DNA from: a virus
Lineage: Duplodnaviria > Caudoviricetes
DNA: 64,000 nucleotides
Direction: 5' to 3' (one strand)
IMG/VR virus record: IMGVR_UViG_2896201746_000001
Location: 48,121 to 112,120 of that record
Position 1 is the stretch's first letter. The number at the start of each line of letters is the position of its first letter. Under the pieces are notes generated by a model, which saw only the letters and a program-made list of their open reading frames with translations, was not told the origin of the DNA and made no database searches. Shown piece by piece: positions 19,985-30,315 of this stretch. The position numbers and the translations under genes were made by a program.

Positions 19985-22108
19985 ATGATGAAACTTGTGT
20001 CTGTGAAGGCCGAGAATTTCGGCCCCTTCGTCGAAGCCGGCCTTCGTCTCGACGACCGCGGCCTGCTGCTGGTGCAGGGCGACAACCAGCTCTCCAGCTC
20101 GGCCGACAGCAACGGCTCGGGCAAGTCGTCGCTGCTGGAGGCGATCTTGTGGGCCAACTTCGGCCGCACGATGCGCTACGACCTGCGCGGCAAGCCGACC
20201 GGCGACGAGTACGTCAACAACCGCTTCGGCCCGACGCCGGGGAAGAACTGCCGCGTGACCTGCACCTGGGACATCGACGGCCGGAAGGTCGAGATCCTGC
20301 GCACCCGCAAAGACAAGGCCCTCAAGAACGTCGTGATGGTGTCGGTCGACGGCAACGACATGACCCGCGGCACGATGAAGGAGACCGACCGGCTGATCGA
20401 GGAGCTGCTCGGACTGGACTTCAATGCGTTCGTGCGCTCGGTCTATTTCGACGGCTCGAAGATCGTCCCGTTCCCAACCCTGACCGACAAGGAGATCAAG
20501 GACGTCTTCGAGCGCGTCCTGGGGCTGGACGATCTGTCGAAGGTCGCCCAGGTCGTGAAGGACAAGCTGCGCCTCGCCAATGCCAACCTGTCCGGCGTCC
20601 AGAACGATCTGCGCCTCGCGCAGGCCCAGCACTCCACCGCGCTGGTCGAGCAGCAGGTCGCCGAGGGGCGGCAGGCGACGTTCGAGGCCGAGCGCGCCGC
20701 GGAGGTCGAGCAGGCCGAGCGGGAGATCGCCACGCTGGCCGGCACCAGTCAGCGCGATGCCGCCGCGATCCAGGCCGATGACGACGCGCTGGCCGCTCGG
20801 GAGGCCGAGGCGCATGCGAAGCTCGGCAAGCTCCAGCGCCTCGATGACGCTATTGCTCAATGGAGCAATGACCATGCCGCCGCACAGAGCAGCCGGGCGA
20901 CGGCCGCGGCGACGCTCAATCATCTGCGCGCCCAGAACCCGGTGCCGCCGACGGCGCTGCTGATGGAGCGCCAGCAGATCGCCGGCGAGATGGACCGGCT
21001 GGCGCGCGAGATCGGCCGGGTGCAGCATGACATCCAGCATGCCGAGGGCAGGGTAGGGACGGCCTGTTCGGAATGCGGCAAGCCGGTGGAGCAGGGCGAC
21101 GTCGAGGGCTTCGTCGCGGCGCAGAAGGGCAGGCTGAACGATCTTGGCCGCCAGCACGCCGACCTGAAGCCGAAGCTGGCCGACGTCGATGCCCGGATCG
21201 CCGCCGACGAGCAGACCCAGCGCCAGGCCATCGCCGCGCGGATCGCGACGGCCGAGGGCGAGCTGGGGGCGGCGAACGCCCGGCTTACGGCGCTGGGCGA
21301 GACGAAAGCGAAGCTCGACAGCTTCGCGACGCTGCGCACGGACATGCAGCGGGTGCTCGCGGAGCTTTCAGGAGCGCGTTCTCGTCTCGCTGACGAGCGA
21401 CACGCAGCAGAGCGCGCGAACGCATCCATCGAAGCCCTGCGCGCCCGGATCGCAGACGTGCGCGCCAAGCCCAACCCCTATGTCGAGGATGCCGGCCGTT
21501 GGAAGACGCGCATGGACGAGCTGGCAGCGCAGATGACCGGGCTGGAGGAGCGGGCGGCCGGCTACGAGAAGGAGATCGGCCAGCTCAAGGTGCTCGACGA
21601 CGCCTACGGCCGGACGGGGCTGAAGGCGCATATCCTGGAGACGGTGACGCCGGTGCTGAACGACCGCGCCAACGACTATGCCCAGCGCCTGGCCGACGGC
21701 AAGGTGAAGATCGAGTTCGCGACCGTCACCCGGCTCAAGGACGGCACGCTGGCCGAGCGCTTCTCGGTGAATGTCGAGAATGACGAAGGGGCAGGGGCCT
21801 ATCACGGCCAGTCGTCCGGCGAGAGCCGCAAGATCGACCTCGCCATCGCGCTCGCCATGTCCGATCTCGTCGCCGCCCGTGCGTCCAAACCGATCGACCT
21901 GTTCGTCGCCGACGAGATCGCCGAGAGCCTGGATCCGACCGCGGTGGAGCGCGTCGTCGGGCTGCTGCAGGACAAGGCCAAGGAGCGCGGCACGATCCTC
22001 TGCATCAGCCACGCCGACATGCGCGACCTGATCCCGGACATCGTCACGGTGCAGAAGACGGCGGCCGGCTCGCAGATCATCGACGGCGCGATCACGGGAG
22101 GGTGGTGA
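19985..22108 (+). CDS. sbcC: SbcC/Rad50-like ABC ATPase
   Basis: NGSGKSS Walker A, coiled coil with CSEC zinc hook, QSSGE signature, FVADE Walker B, CISH. Confidence 0.92.
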   Translation: MMKLVSVKAENFGPFVEAGLRLDDRGLLLVQGDNQLSSSADSNGSGKSSLLEAILWANFGRTMRYDLRGKPTGDEYVNNRFGPTPGKNCRVTCTWDIDGRKVEILRTRKDKALKNVVMVSVDGNDMTRGTMKETDRLIEELLGLDFNAFVRSVYFDGSKIVPFPTLTDKEIKDVFERVLGLDDLSKVAQVVKDKLRLANANLSGVQNDLRLAQAQHSTALVEQQVAEGRQATFEAERAAEVEQAEREIATLAGTSQRDAAAIQADDDALAAREAEAHAKLGKLQRLDDAIAQWSNDHAAAQSSRATAAATLNHLRAQNPVPPTALLMERQQIAGEMDRLAREIGRVQHDIQHAEGRVGTACSECGKPVEQGDVEGFVAAQKGRLNDLGRQHADLKPKLADVDARIAADEQTQRQAIAARIATAEGELGAANARLTALGETKAKLDSFATLRTDMQRVLAELSGARSRLADERHAAERANASIEALRARIADVRAKPNPYVEDAGRWKTRMDELAAQMTGLEERAAGYEKEIGQLKVLDDAYGRTGLKAHILETVTPVLNDRANDYAQRLADGKVKIEFATVTRLKDGTLAERFSVNVENDEGAGAYHGQSSGESRKIDLAIALAMSDLVAARASKPIDLFVADEIAESLDPTAVERVVGLLQDKAKERGTILCISHADMRDLIPDIVTVQKTAAGSQIIDGAITGGW

Positions 22109-22109
22109 G

Positions 22110-22415
22110 ATGCCGCGCACCCGCACGCCCTGGTCCCACCCTGCCTTCACCGGCGCTGCCGCGACCAGCGCAGCCGCCCGGCCGGGGCGGGCCACCACGA
22201 CGATCCTTCAGGAGAAGATTCTGGAGCACCTCACCCTCTGCGGCGAGCAGGGGGCGACCCAGGAGGAGCTGGAGCAGGTCTTCGCCGGCCAGTACAAGCC
22301 GCAGTCCGTGCGCACCCGCACCCGCGAGCTGTACGACATGGGGAAGGTGAGGGCGGCCGGATTCACGCGGCCGACCACGTCGGGAAACCCGGCGAAGGTC
22401 TGGCTGGCCGCATGA
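22110..22415 (+). CDS. Small winged-helix DNA-binding protein
   Basis: GATQEEL...SVRTRTREL...GKV...TRPTTSGNPAKVW pattern. Confidence 0.65.
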   Translation: MPRTRTPWSHPAFTGAAATSAAARPGRATTTILQEKILEHLTLCGEQGATQEELEQVFAGQYKPQSVRTRTRELYDMGKVRAAGFTRPTTSGNPAKVWLAA

Positions 22416-22631
22416 CCGGCGAGAATGGAGGAGGTTGGGTCTGATCCCGTGAGAACGTGAGGCTCAACGGCAGGCGGCGCATAGCACAGTAGCACGGCCT
22501 CACGTCCCGCGCCCGGGATACCGGACGCCATTTTGGTATCACAACATCTTGAGCTGGACAAGGCAGATTTCGCCTTGCCGTGCATAGATGTTGTATTATT
22601 ATCAGTAAGTACTGACACGAAGCGAGGAATT

Positions 22632-22826
22632 ATGGCCCGCGTCAAGGAAATCCATGTGTCTGTCGGTCGCACGGTTGGGCTGCCCAACTACGGCTCGATC
22701 CGCTTCGACGATGCGGAGGTCGTCGAGCTGGAGCCGGGCGACGATCCGAACCAGGTTTATGCCGATGCCTATGCGCGCGTCGCCGGCCGGCTGAGCGCGA
22801 AGCTCCAGCAGATGGGCGTGAAGTAG
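22632..22826 (+). CDS. Small conserved-looking phage protein
   Basis: GAGG RBS; VSVGRTVGLPNYGSIRFD. Confidence 0.6.
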   Translation: MARVKEIHVSVGRTVGLPNYGSIRFDDAEVVELEPGDDPNQVYADAYARVAGRLSAKLQQMGVK

Positions 22827-22835
22827 TGCCGGCCC

Positions 22836-22891
22836 ATTGGGTAATACGGCAATAGCGCAATTGACCTATTGGGTCATAGCCCAATACAGCA
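22836..22891. repeat. Seven-unit 8-bp-phased AT array (representative of 14 dispersed arrays)
   Basis: ATtgggta ATacggca ATagcgca ATtgacct ATtgggtc ATagccca ATacagca. Confidence 0.85.
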
Positions 22892-22902
22892 AGGACCGAA
22901 AC

Positions 22903-23493
22903 ATGAGCGAAATCACGGTGATGGGCCTCGACCCGTCGATCCGCCACACCGGCATCTGCGTCGGCCGGCTGATCCTGCCGCAGCGCCGCATCATCATCGA
23001 CGACCTGGCGCTGATCGACACGGAGAAGCGCTCGGGCAAGGACGTGCGGCAGAACTCGGACGATCTGCGCCGGGCCGAGGAGATCATCACGCAGATCGAG
23101 GCCCGGATCGTGAAGCACAAGGTCGCCTTCGCCATCTCCGAAGTGCCGACCGGCGCGCAGTCGGCGCGTGCGGCCTGGATGCTCGGCATGGCGGTCGCGA
23201 CGCTGGCGTCGCTGAAGCTGCTCCGCGTGCCGCTGATCCAGGTGCAGCCGAACGAGACGAAGCTGGCATCGGTCGGCTCGAAGACCGCGACCAAGCAGCA
23301 GATCATCGACTGGGCCTACGACAAGTTCCCGGACCTGCCCTGGCTGACGCATCGCGCGTCGAAGCATCCGCACAAGCTGACCGCCGACAACGAGCATATG
23401 GCCGACGCCGTCGCCGTCGTGCATGCCGGCATCGAGACGGCGCAGTTTCAGCAGGCCGTCGCGCTGGCCTTCGGCATGGCGCGGGCGGCGTGA
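22903..23493 (+). CDS. ruvC: RuvC-like Holliday junction resolvase
   Basis: MGLDPSIRHTG, ISEVP, ATKQQII, HMADAVAV. Confidence 0.85.
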   Translation: MSEITVMGLDPSIRHTGICVGRLILPQRRIIIDDLALIDTEKRSGKDVRQNSDDLRRAEEIITQIEARIVKHKVAFAISEVPTGAQSARAAWMLGMAVATLASLKLLRVPLIQVQPNETKLASVGSKTATKQQIIDWAYDKFPDLPWLTHRASKHPHKLTADNEHMADAVAVVHAGIETAQFQQAVALAFGMARAA

Positions 23494-23506
23494 GCCTTGC
23501 CTTGGT

Positions 23507-23535
23507 TTGCGGTATCAGTAACCGATGACTAGAAT
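23507..23535 (+). promoter_or_regulatory. nrdA promoter with operator in the spacer
   Basis: TTGCGG-tATCAGTAACCGATGAC-TAGAAT (17 bp). Confidence 0.8.
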
Positions 23536-23580
23536 ATACCTCCCGACATCGAGCGGGACTCTTCACCGGAGACCCTCCCT

Positions 23581-25362
23581 ATGATCCAGATCGACTATAG
23601 CCGGGACGCTCTGCTGAGCGAGCAGTCCCTGAAGCTCCTGGCCGAGCATTACCTGCACCCCGGCGAGCGCCCGCAGGACGGCTTTGCCGCGGCGGCGATC
23701 GCCTGGGCCACCTTCCGCGGCGTCACCGATTGGGCGCTCGCCCAGCGCCTCTACGACTATGCCAGCAAGGGCTGGTTCGGCTGGGCCTCGCCGCCACTGT
23801 CGAACGCCCCGCGCGCCGGCAAGCCGACCAAGGCTCTGCCGATCTCGTGCTTCGCCGGCGCGGTGGAAGACACGCTGGAGAGCCTGGTCGCCCACGACAA
23901 CGAGCTGAAGTGGCTGTCGATCATGGGTGGCGGCGTCGGCGGGCACTGGGATCTCGTGCGCTCGGTCGACCGCAAGGCTCCCGGCCCGATTCCGTTCATC
24001 GTGACGGCCGATGCGACGGTGCGCGCCTACAAGCAGGGTGCGATCCGGCGCGGCAGCTATGCGGCCTACCTGTCGGTCAGCCATCCCGACATCCGTGAGT
24101 TCATCGGCCTGCGCCTGCCGGCGGCCGCCGGCGACAGCAACCGCAAGTGCCTGTCCACCGGCTTCCACCATGCCGTCAACATCACCGACGACTTCATGCG
24201 CGCGGTGATCGAGGGCAAGAGCTGGGATCTGATCGACCCGCATCACGGCGACGTGCGTGAGACTGTCGATGCCGCCGAGCTGTTCGCCCAGATCCTCGAA
24301 ACCCGTGCGCGCACCGGCGAGCCGTATCTGAACTTCATCGACACGGCCAACCGGCATCTGCCAGAGGCGCAGAAGAAGCTGGGCCTGAAGATTCTCGGCT
24401 CGAACCTCTGCGACGAGATTCATCTGGCGACCGGGCGCGACATCTTCGGCAAGATGCGAACGCTCGTCTGTTGCCTGTCGAGCCTGAACATCGAGAAGCG
24501 CGACGAATGGCTGCCGGTGATCTGGCAGTTCGTCGGCGACCTCATCACCGCCCTCGACAACATCATCGAGTATTTCATCGAGCACGCGCCCGACACCATC
24601 GCCACCGCCCGCTACAGCGCCATGCGCGAGCGTGCGCTGGGCCTGGGCACGATGGGCATTCACGCCTACCTGCAATCCAAGGGCATCCCGTGGGAGAGCT
24701 GGGAAGCGGTCGAGCTGGATGAGCGCATCCATGCCGAGATCAAGGCCGCGGCCGAGAAGCGCTCGCTGGAGCTGGGCGCTGAGCGCGGCGAGGCCCCGGA
24801 CATGGTCGGCACCGGCCGGCGCAACTCGCATCTGCTTTCCATCGCGCCGACCGCGAACAATGCCTCCATCGTCGGCACCAGCCCGGGCATCGACCCGTGG
24901 AAGGCGAACGCCTTCGCCCACCGGACGCGCGTCGGCACCCACCTCGTCAAGAACCGGCACCTGGAAGCCCGGCTTGAGCAGCTCGGCCGCAACACCGACG
25001 AGGTTTGGCAAGACATCATGCTGAACCGGGGATCGGTGCAGCATCTGGACTTCCTGACCGAGCGGGACCGGGCCGTGTTCAAGACGGCGATCGAGTTGGA
25101 TCAGATGTGGGTGGTGCAGCACGCGGCAGCCCGCCAGAAGCATATCTGCCAGGGCCAGTCGCTGAACCTGTTCTTCGCGCCCGGCACCGACCGCAAGCAC
25201 GTCGCGAACGTCCACATTGCCGCCTGGGCGCTCGGCTGCAAGGGCCTCTACTACTACCGCACGGAGGCCCGCAACAAAGCCGACACCGTCTCCAAGTCCA
25301 TCGAGCGCGTCGCGCTGAAGGACGCCGTCGCCGGCGACGACTGCATCTCCTGCCAGGGGTGA
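23581..25362 (+). CDS. nrdA: Class Ia ribonucleotide reductase alpha subunit (short, no evident ATP cone)
   Basis: PISCF, GSNLCDEI, SIAPTA, LYYYR, C-terminal CISC. Confidence 0.95.
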   Translation: MIQIDYSRDALLSEQSLKLLAEHYLHPGERPQDGFAAAAIAWATFRGVTDWALAQRLYDYASKGWFGWASPPLSNAPRAGKPTKALPISCFAGAVEDTLESLVAHDNELKWLSIMGGGVGGHWDLVRSVDRKAPGPIPFIVTADATVRAYKQGAIRRGSYAAYLSVSHPDIREFIGLRLPAAAGDSNRKCLSTGFHHAVNITDDFMRAVIEGKSWDLIDPHHGDVRETVDAAELFAQILETRARTGEPYLNFIDTANRHLPEAQKKLGLKILGSNLCDEIHLATGRDIFGKMRTLVCCLSSLNIEKRDEWLPVIWQFVGDLITALDNIIEYFIEHAPDTIATARYSAMRERALGLGTMGIHAYLQSKGIPWESWEAVELDERIHAEIKAAAEKRSLELGAERGEAPDMVGTGRRNSHLLSIAPTANNASIVGTSPGIDPWKANAFAHRTRVGTHLVKNRHLEARLEQLGRNTDEVWQDIMLNRGSVQHLDFLTERDRAVFKTAIELDQMWVVQHAAARQKHICQGQSLNLFFAPGTDRKHVANVHIAAWALGCKGLYYYRTEARNKADTVSKSIERVALKDAVAGDDCISCQG

Positions 25363-25369
25363 TCCACCG

Positions 25370-26590
25370 ATGAGCCTGTTCGAGTACAGCACCGCCTACA
25401 AGCCGTTCCTCTTTCCCTGGGCCGTCGAGCTGGCGGTCGAGCACGAGCGCATGCACTGGACGGAGGAGGAGGTCGATCTTGCCGACGATGTCGCGGACTG
25501 GAAGACGCCGGGCCGCCTGACGCCGGCCGAGAAGAACTTCATCAGCCAGATTCTGCGGATGTTCACCCAGAGCGACGTGAACGTCGGCCGCTTCTACCTC
25601 GACTACCTCGTGCCGCGCTTCAAGAACAACGAGATCCGCAACATGCTGGCCTCGTTCGCGGCACGCGAGGGCACCCATCAGCGCGCCTATGCACTGCTGA
25701 ACGACACACTGGGCTTCCCGGAGAGCGACTACACCGCCTTCATGGAAATCCGGGAGATGGCCGACAAGTCGGACTTCATGCTCGACGCCGACCCCAGCAG
25801 CCACGGCGGCCTGGGGCTGACGCTGGCGAAGTCGGTGTTCAATGAAGGCGTCTCGCTGTTCGCCAGCTTCGTCATGCTCCTGAACTTCCAGCGCCGCGGC
25901 CTGATGAAGGGCATGGGCAAGGTTGTGGAGTGGAGCACGAAGGACGAGAGCAAGCACGTCGAAGGCATTGCCCGGCTGTTCCGGGCGCTCTGCGACGAGC
26001 ATCCCCGGATCGTCACCGACGCCTTCAAGCGCGCGATCTACAGCATGGCCCGGCAGGCGGTCGAGCTGGAGGATCGCTTCATCGACTTGGCCTATGCGCA
26101 GGGCGCGGTCGAGGGCCTCGCACCGGAGGAGGTGAAGGCTTACATCCGCTTCATCACCGACCGGCGGCTCGTCCAGCTCGGGCTGAAGCCGAACTTCTCG
26201 GTGGGCGGCAAGAATCCGCTGCCGTGGGTGGACGTGGTGCTGAACGCCCCGGACCTGACCAACTTCTTCGAGAACAAGGTTGCCGATTACGAGGTCGGCT
26301 CGCTGAGCGGCGACTGGAGCTTCGCGCCGCCGCGGCGCTTCCGCGTCTACAGCAAGGACGGCTGCCCGTTCTGCCGCCGGGCAAAGGATTTCCTGGCAGG
26401 GCAGGGGCATGCGCTGGAGATCGTCGATCTGAGCGACGACGCCGAGCGCCAGGCCTTCTACGACGAGCGCGGCTTCCAGGGCCGCGAGCGCTCGGTGCCG
26501 AAGATCTACGAGCTGGACGCGGTCGGCGGCGAGACGCTGATCGGTGGCTTCACGGAGACGCACGCGCTGCTGTCGCCAGAAGTCGCTTGA
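25370..26590 (+). CDS. nrdB: Ribonucleotide reductase beta subunit fused to C-terminal glutaredoxin
   Basis: FTQSD, EGTHQRAY, EGVSLF, DESKH, NFFENKVADY; then VYSKDGCPFC...VPKI...IGGF. Confidence 0.92.
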   Translation: MSLFEYSTAYKPFLFPWAVELAVEHERMHWTEEEVDLADDVADWKTPGRLTPAEKNFISQILRMFTQSDVNVGRFYLDYLVPRFKNNEIRNMLASFAAREGTHQRAYALLNDTLGFPESDYTAFMEIREMADKSDFMLDADPSSHGGLGLTLAKSVFNEGVSLFASFVMLLNFQRRGLMKGMGKVVEWSTKDESKHVEGIARLFRALCDEHPRIVTDAFKRAIYSMARQAVELEDRFIDLAYAQGAVEGLAPEEVKAYIRFITDRRLVQLGLKPNFSVGGKNPLPWVDVVLNAPDLTNFFENKVADYEVGSLSGDWSFAPPRRFRVYSKDGCPFCRRAKDFLAGQGHALEIVDLSDDAERQAFYDERGFQGRERSVPKIYELDAVGGETLIGGFTETHALLSPEVA

Positions 26591-26712
26591 GCAATGGCGC
26601 AATAGCTACATGGAGCCATGTAGCTATTGCCCTATGCGCGGCTGCCAACCTGCGCTGGATCTTCTCGGGTGCTGGCCCTAGTGTCCGCGCCCGAGCTACC
26701 AGGGAGCCAGTC

Positions 26713-26988
26713 GTGCAGAACGTGATCGCCGCGGCCGTTGCAGCCGCCATCGTGACCGGCGGGGCCGTCTACATCGCCCAGATGCCAAAGCCGCGCGATA
26801 GCGCGATCGGCCGCTTCCAGATGATGAAGAACGGCGAGACGGGAGTTTGGCGTCTCGACACAACGACAGGCGAGCTTAATGCCTGCTACATTCTCTCTGG
26901 CAAGGACGGCGTCACGAGAGGATGCGTTGGAGTCGAGGTGCCTCCGCCCAACCACTTTGACAAGTACGACACGCCTGCCCAGAAGTGA
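26713..26988 (+). CDS. Small exported/membrane-anchored protein
   Basis: GGGAG RBS, GTG start, hydrophobic N-terminus, WRLDTTTGELNAC. Confidence 0.55.
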   Translation: MQNVIAAAVAAAIVTGGAVYIAQMPKPRDSAIGRFQMMKNGETGVWRLDTTTGELNACYILSGKDGVTRGCVGVEVPPPNHFDKYDTPAQK

Positions 26989-26994
26989 GCACCC

Positions 26995-27019
26995 AGCCCC
27001 GGCTTGCACCGGGGCTTTC
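26995..27019 (+). terminator. Intrinsic terminator
   Basis: AGCCCCGG-loop-CCGGGGCT followed by a short T run. Confidence 0.55.
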
Positions 27020-27095
27020 CTGCGGCGCTCTTTTATATTCACCACTCACTGATAATATCGTATAGTCGCGTCATAGAACACAACGAGGTGAGCAT

Positions 27096-27680
27096 ATGAG
27101 CACTCCCTTCACCGGAGCTGAGTTCCATCGACTGACAATGCGTACCGCAGCCTCGAACCTGCATCCCGAGAAGATCGAGCTGACCAAGCTGTGTGCCGGC
27201 ATGGCCGGCATCATTGGGCTGGCCCGCGCCCTCGATCTACTGAAGAAGGGCTTGGTCTACGGCAAGGACATCGACGCCGACGGCTTCGCGAACGCCCTCT
27301 ATGAGGTTGTCAACGAGGATACCGCCCCCTTCACCGAAGAGGACGAGGACCGTATCAACCTCGATGCCGTCCCGGCCGACGTCACCCACGCCATTCTCGG
27401 CATCGTCACCGAAGCCGGCGAGCTGGCCGAGGCGTGGCTGAAGGCGGTTCTCGGCAAGCAGCCGCTCGATCTGGTCAACGCCGCCGAGGAGACCGGCGAC
27501 ATCGACTGGTATCAGGAGCTGCTGGCGCGCGGCACCGGCATCGCCGTCGACGACGCCCGCGCCCGGGTGATCGCCAAGCTGGTCAAGCGCTACGGCGACA
27601 AGTTCTCGGAGGACCGGGCGCTGGTGCGCAACCTGGACGCCGAGCGCGCGGCGCTCGAAGGCAACGCCGAGGCGGCATGA
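27096..27680 (+). CDS. MazG-like nucleotide pyrophosphohydrolase
   Basis: HAILGIVTEAGEL, EETGDIDWY, IAKLVKRYGDKFS. Confidence 0.8.
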   Translation: MSTPFTGAEFHRLTMRTAASNLHPEKIELTKLCAGMAGIIGLARALDLLKKGLVYGKDIDADGFANALYEVVNEDTAPFTEEDEDRINLDAVPADVTHAILGIVTEAGELAEAWLKAVLGKQPLDLVNAAEETGDIDWYQELLARGTGIAVDDARARVIAKLVKRYGDKFSEDRALVRNLDAERAALEGNAEAA

Positions 27681-27940
27681 TGGTCGCGACGCGCAACACG
27701 CCGTCCATGAGCGCATCGGCCGGCGAAATGGGCACCGTGGCCAACATGATGGTCGAGGGCACGCGCCGGTCGGCCGGCCGTAAGCTCAACACGGTCGAGA
27801 CGGCGACGGCAAACCTGATCGGCAGCCAAGTGGTCATCAACGCGACGCTGTTGCGCGTCGAGCATCGTCTGGCCGCGATCCAGTGGCTCCTGACGGCCGG
27901 CCTCGTCGCCGGCCTCCTCAAAATGTTTGGGGTGTTTTGA
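27677..27940 (+). CDS. Small protein with C-terminal transmembrane helix
   Basis: ATGA overlap; [18 protein letters not shown]. Confidence 0.5.
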   Translation: MMVATRNTPSMSASAGEMGTVANMMVEGTRRSAGRKLNTVETATANLIGSQVVINATLLRVEHRLAAIQWLLTAGLVAGLLKMFGVF

Positions 27941-28980
27941 TGAGACAGTACCTCGACCTTCTCCAGGACATCATCAACACCGGCACCGACAAGGCCGACC
28001 GTACCGGCGTCGGCACGCGCTCGGTGTTCGGCCGGCAGATGCGCTTCAACCTGGCCGACGGCTTCCCGCTGATGACCACCAAGAAGGTGTTCTTCAAGGG
28101 CGTCGCGGCCGAGCTGCTCTGGTTCATCTCCGGCGATACCAACATCAAGCCGCTGGTGGAGCAGGGCGTCTCGATCTGGACCGACTGGCCGCTGGCCGAC
28201 TACAACAAGCGGTGCCCGGTCGGTCAGATGATGACGCGCAGCGAGTTTGAAGCGAAGATCCTCGCCGACGACGGGTTTGCCCGGCAGTGGGGCGAGCTTG
28301 GGCCGGTCTACGGTCATCAGTGGCGCAACTTCGGCGAGGAGCTGGGTGGCGACGGCGTCGATCAGCTGGCCGAGGCGATCGAGACGCTGCGCACCAAACC
28401 CGACAGCCGGCGCATTATCGTCAACGCCTGGAACGCCGCCGAGGTTGAGGCCGCCGCGCTGCCGCCCTGCCACATGATGTTTCAGTTCAACAGCCGGCCG
28501 CTCGATTTTGGTCGCCGTCTGCGCTTCGCCGCCGAGCGGATGAACGCCGACTTCTCGACCACCCACGCCAAAATCCGAGGCTGGGTCGACCCCGACGATT
28601 GGGTCTCCGGCGGCAGGGTCGACGCCTATATGGACGAGATCGGCGTTCCTAAGCGCGCCCTCGACCTCCAATTCTACATGCGGTCGGTCGACGTCTTCCT
28701 GGGGCTGCCCTTTAACATCGCGTCCTATGCGCTGCTGACCCACATGGTCGCCCAGATCACCGGCCACGCGCCGGGCGAAGTCGTCTGGACCGGCGGCGAC
28801 GTCCATATCTATCAGAACCATTTCGAGCAGGTGCGCGAGCAGCTCCGGCGCGAGCCTCGCCCCCTCCCGGCCCTGCGGCTGAACCCGGAGGTTCGGGAGA
28901 TCGGCCAGTTCAAGATCGGCGACATCGAGCTGGTCGGCTACGATCCGCATCCGGCGATCAAAGCTCCGGTGGCCGTCTGA
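27940..28980 (+). CDS. thyA: Thymidylate synthase with an internal insertion
   Basis: [44 protein letters not shown]. Confidence 0.96.
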   Translation: MRQYLDLLQDIINTGTDKADRTGVGTRSVFGRQMRFNLADGFPLMTTKKVFFKGVAAELLWFISGDTNIKPLVEQGVSIWTDWPLADYNKRCPVGQMMTRSEFEAKILADDGFARQWGELGPVYGHQWRNFGEELGGDGVDQLAEAIETLRTKPDSRRIIVNAWNAAEVEAAALPPCHMMFQFNSRPLDFGRRLRFAAERMNADFSTTHAKIRGWVDPDDWVSGGRVDAYMDEIGVPKRALDLQFYMRSVDVFLGLPFNIASYALLTHMVAQITGHAPGEVVWTGGDVHIYQNHFEQVREQLRREPRPLPALRLNPEVREIGQFKIGDIELVGYDPHPAIKAPVAV

Positions 28981-29486
28981 TGATCGTCTCCATCATCGCT
29001 GCCGTGGCGCTCAACGGCGTGATCGGCAGTAAGGGCAAGCTGCCCTGGCATTTGCCGTCCGATCTCAAGCGCTTCCGCGAGCTGACGATCGGGAAGCCAA
29101 TCATCATGGGGCGCAAGACCTGGGAGAGCCTGCCCGATGGCCGGCTCCCGTTCCGCACCAACATCGTGGTCAGCAGCCAGGCACACCGAGCCGCCTTCAT
29201 ACCCGCCCCCGATTTCGTCATGCCGTCGCTCGAAGCGGCGCTCGATCTGGTGCGCAGGGCAGGGGAGGGGGAGGCCTGCATCATCGGCGGCGGCGAGATC
29301 TACAAGCAGGCCCTGCCGCTTGCCGACCGCGTCCATCTGACCCGCGTCAGCCTTCACCCGGAGGGCGATGCGACCTTCCCAATCTCCCCCTGGATGCCCG
29401 GCTTCAAGCAGACGCTGGAAAGCGGCTGGCTGATCGAGAACGGCATCCAGTTCCGCTACGAACTCTACCTGAAGGAGACCGCATGA
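28980..29486 (+). CDS. folA: Dihydrofolate reductase
   Basis: VIGSKGKLPWHLPSDL, IMGRKTWESL, IIGGGEIY, EGDATFP. Confidence 0.95.
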   Translation: MIVSIIAAVALNGVIGSKGKLPWHLPSDLKRFRELTIGKPIIMGRKTWESLPDGRLPFRTNIVVSSQAHRAAFIPAPDFVMPSLEAALDLVRRAGEGEACIIGGGEIYKQALPLADRVHLTRVSLHPEGDATFPISPWMPGFKQTLESGWLIENGIQFRYELYLKETA

Positions 29487-29731
29487 ATCCCGCGATCTTC
29501 GTCGTGCTGCTGAGCGTGCTGACGCCGGCCGGGTACGCCTGCGCCGGCACCGCGCCCATCCTCTACGCCGCCCAGGCCGCAGCGCCGGCGGCCGATACGC
29601 TACGCACCGTCATCGCCGACGGCAGCGAGCACCTCTCCATTCTGCCCGGCAGCCGCACCAAGCGGCAGCCCGTCACCCAAGCCGCCGGCAAGGACGATTT
29701 CGGCCCGGTCGGTGCTATCATTCATCGCTGA
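29483..29731 (+). CDS. Small secreted hypothetical protein
   Basis: AGGAG RBS, ATGA overlap, signal-peptide-like N-terminus. Confidence 0.5.
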   Translation: MNPAIFVVLLSVLTPAGYACAGTAPILYAAQAAAPAADTLRTVIADGSEHLSILPGSRTKRQPVTQAAGKDDFGPVGAIIHR

Positions 29732-29743
29732 GAGACGACGACA

Positions 29744-30133
29744 ATGAACCTAACGAAGCCCACCCTCGACGAAATCCGCGAAGGCGCTGCGCCGGAGTTG
29801 GCGGCAATCGGCGCTGTCGATCCCGCGGCCTACCGGCGCTCGCTGATCGAGACGCTGATCGAGGTCTGGAAGCTCTGCATGCAGCATCCCGCCGCTCGCT
29901 TCCTCGATCCCAGCGCCGCCGAGAAGTTCCGTTCGGAGCTGAAGACGCTGCCGCTGGCCGACCTGGAGAAGCGCGTCATGGCGCTGCAGGAACAGAACCC
30001 GGAGGTGCTGGCCGCGGCAATGAAGAAGAGCGGCTTCAAATTCACCCACAACGCCGACGGCATGCGCATCGAGCTGGCCGATGACAATCCGACCGGCCGC
30101 GTTGTCACCCGCGAAGAGTTCGAGGCCCTGTGA
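29744..30133 (+). CDS. Hypothetical protein
   Basis: Coding-like ORF after an operator. Confidence 0.6.
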   Translation: MNLTKPTLDEIREGAAPELAAIGAVDPAAYRRSLIETLIEVWKLCMQHPAARFLDPSAAEKFRSELKTLPLADLEKRVMALQEQNPEVLAAAMKKSGFKFTHNADGMRIELADDNPTGRVVTREEFEAL

Positions 30134-30315
30134 TGCGATACGCACTCCCCTGCATCGTTGGATGGATTTCTGTCGCGGCGTCGGTGATCGCGCTGAGCGC
30201 GGCAGCACAGGCCGCCGTCGAAGGCGCGGCCACTGCTGCCGGCTTCGTCGGCGTGATCGGATCGGTCGCCTGTGCGGTCGCCACCGGCGTCTCGGCCACC
30301 CGTGGAGGCAACTGA
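30133..30315 (+). CDS. Small two-TM membrane protein
   Basis: Hydrophobic; TGATG-coupled. Confidence 0.45.
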   Translation: MRYALPCIVGWISVAASVIALSAAAQAAVEGAATAAGFVGVIGSVACAVATGVSATRGGN

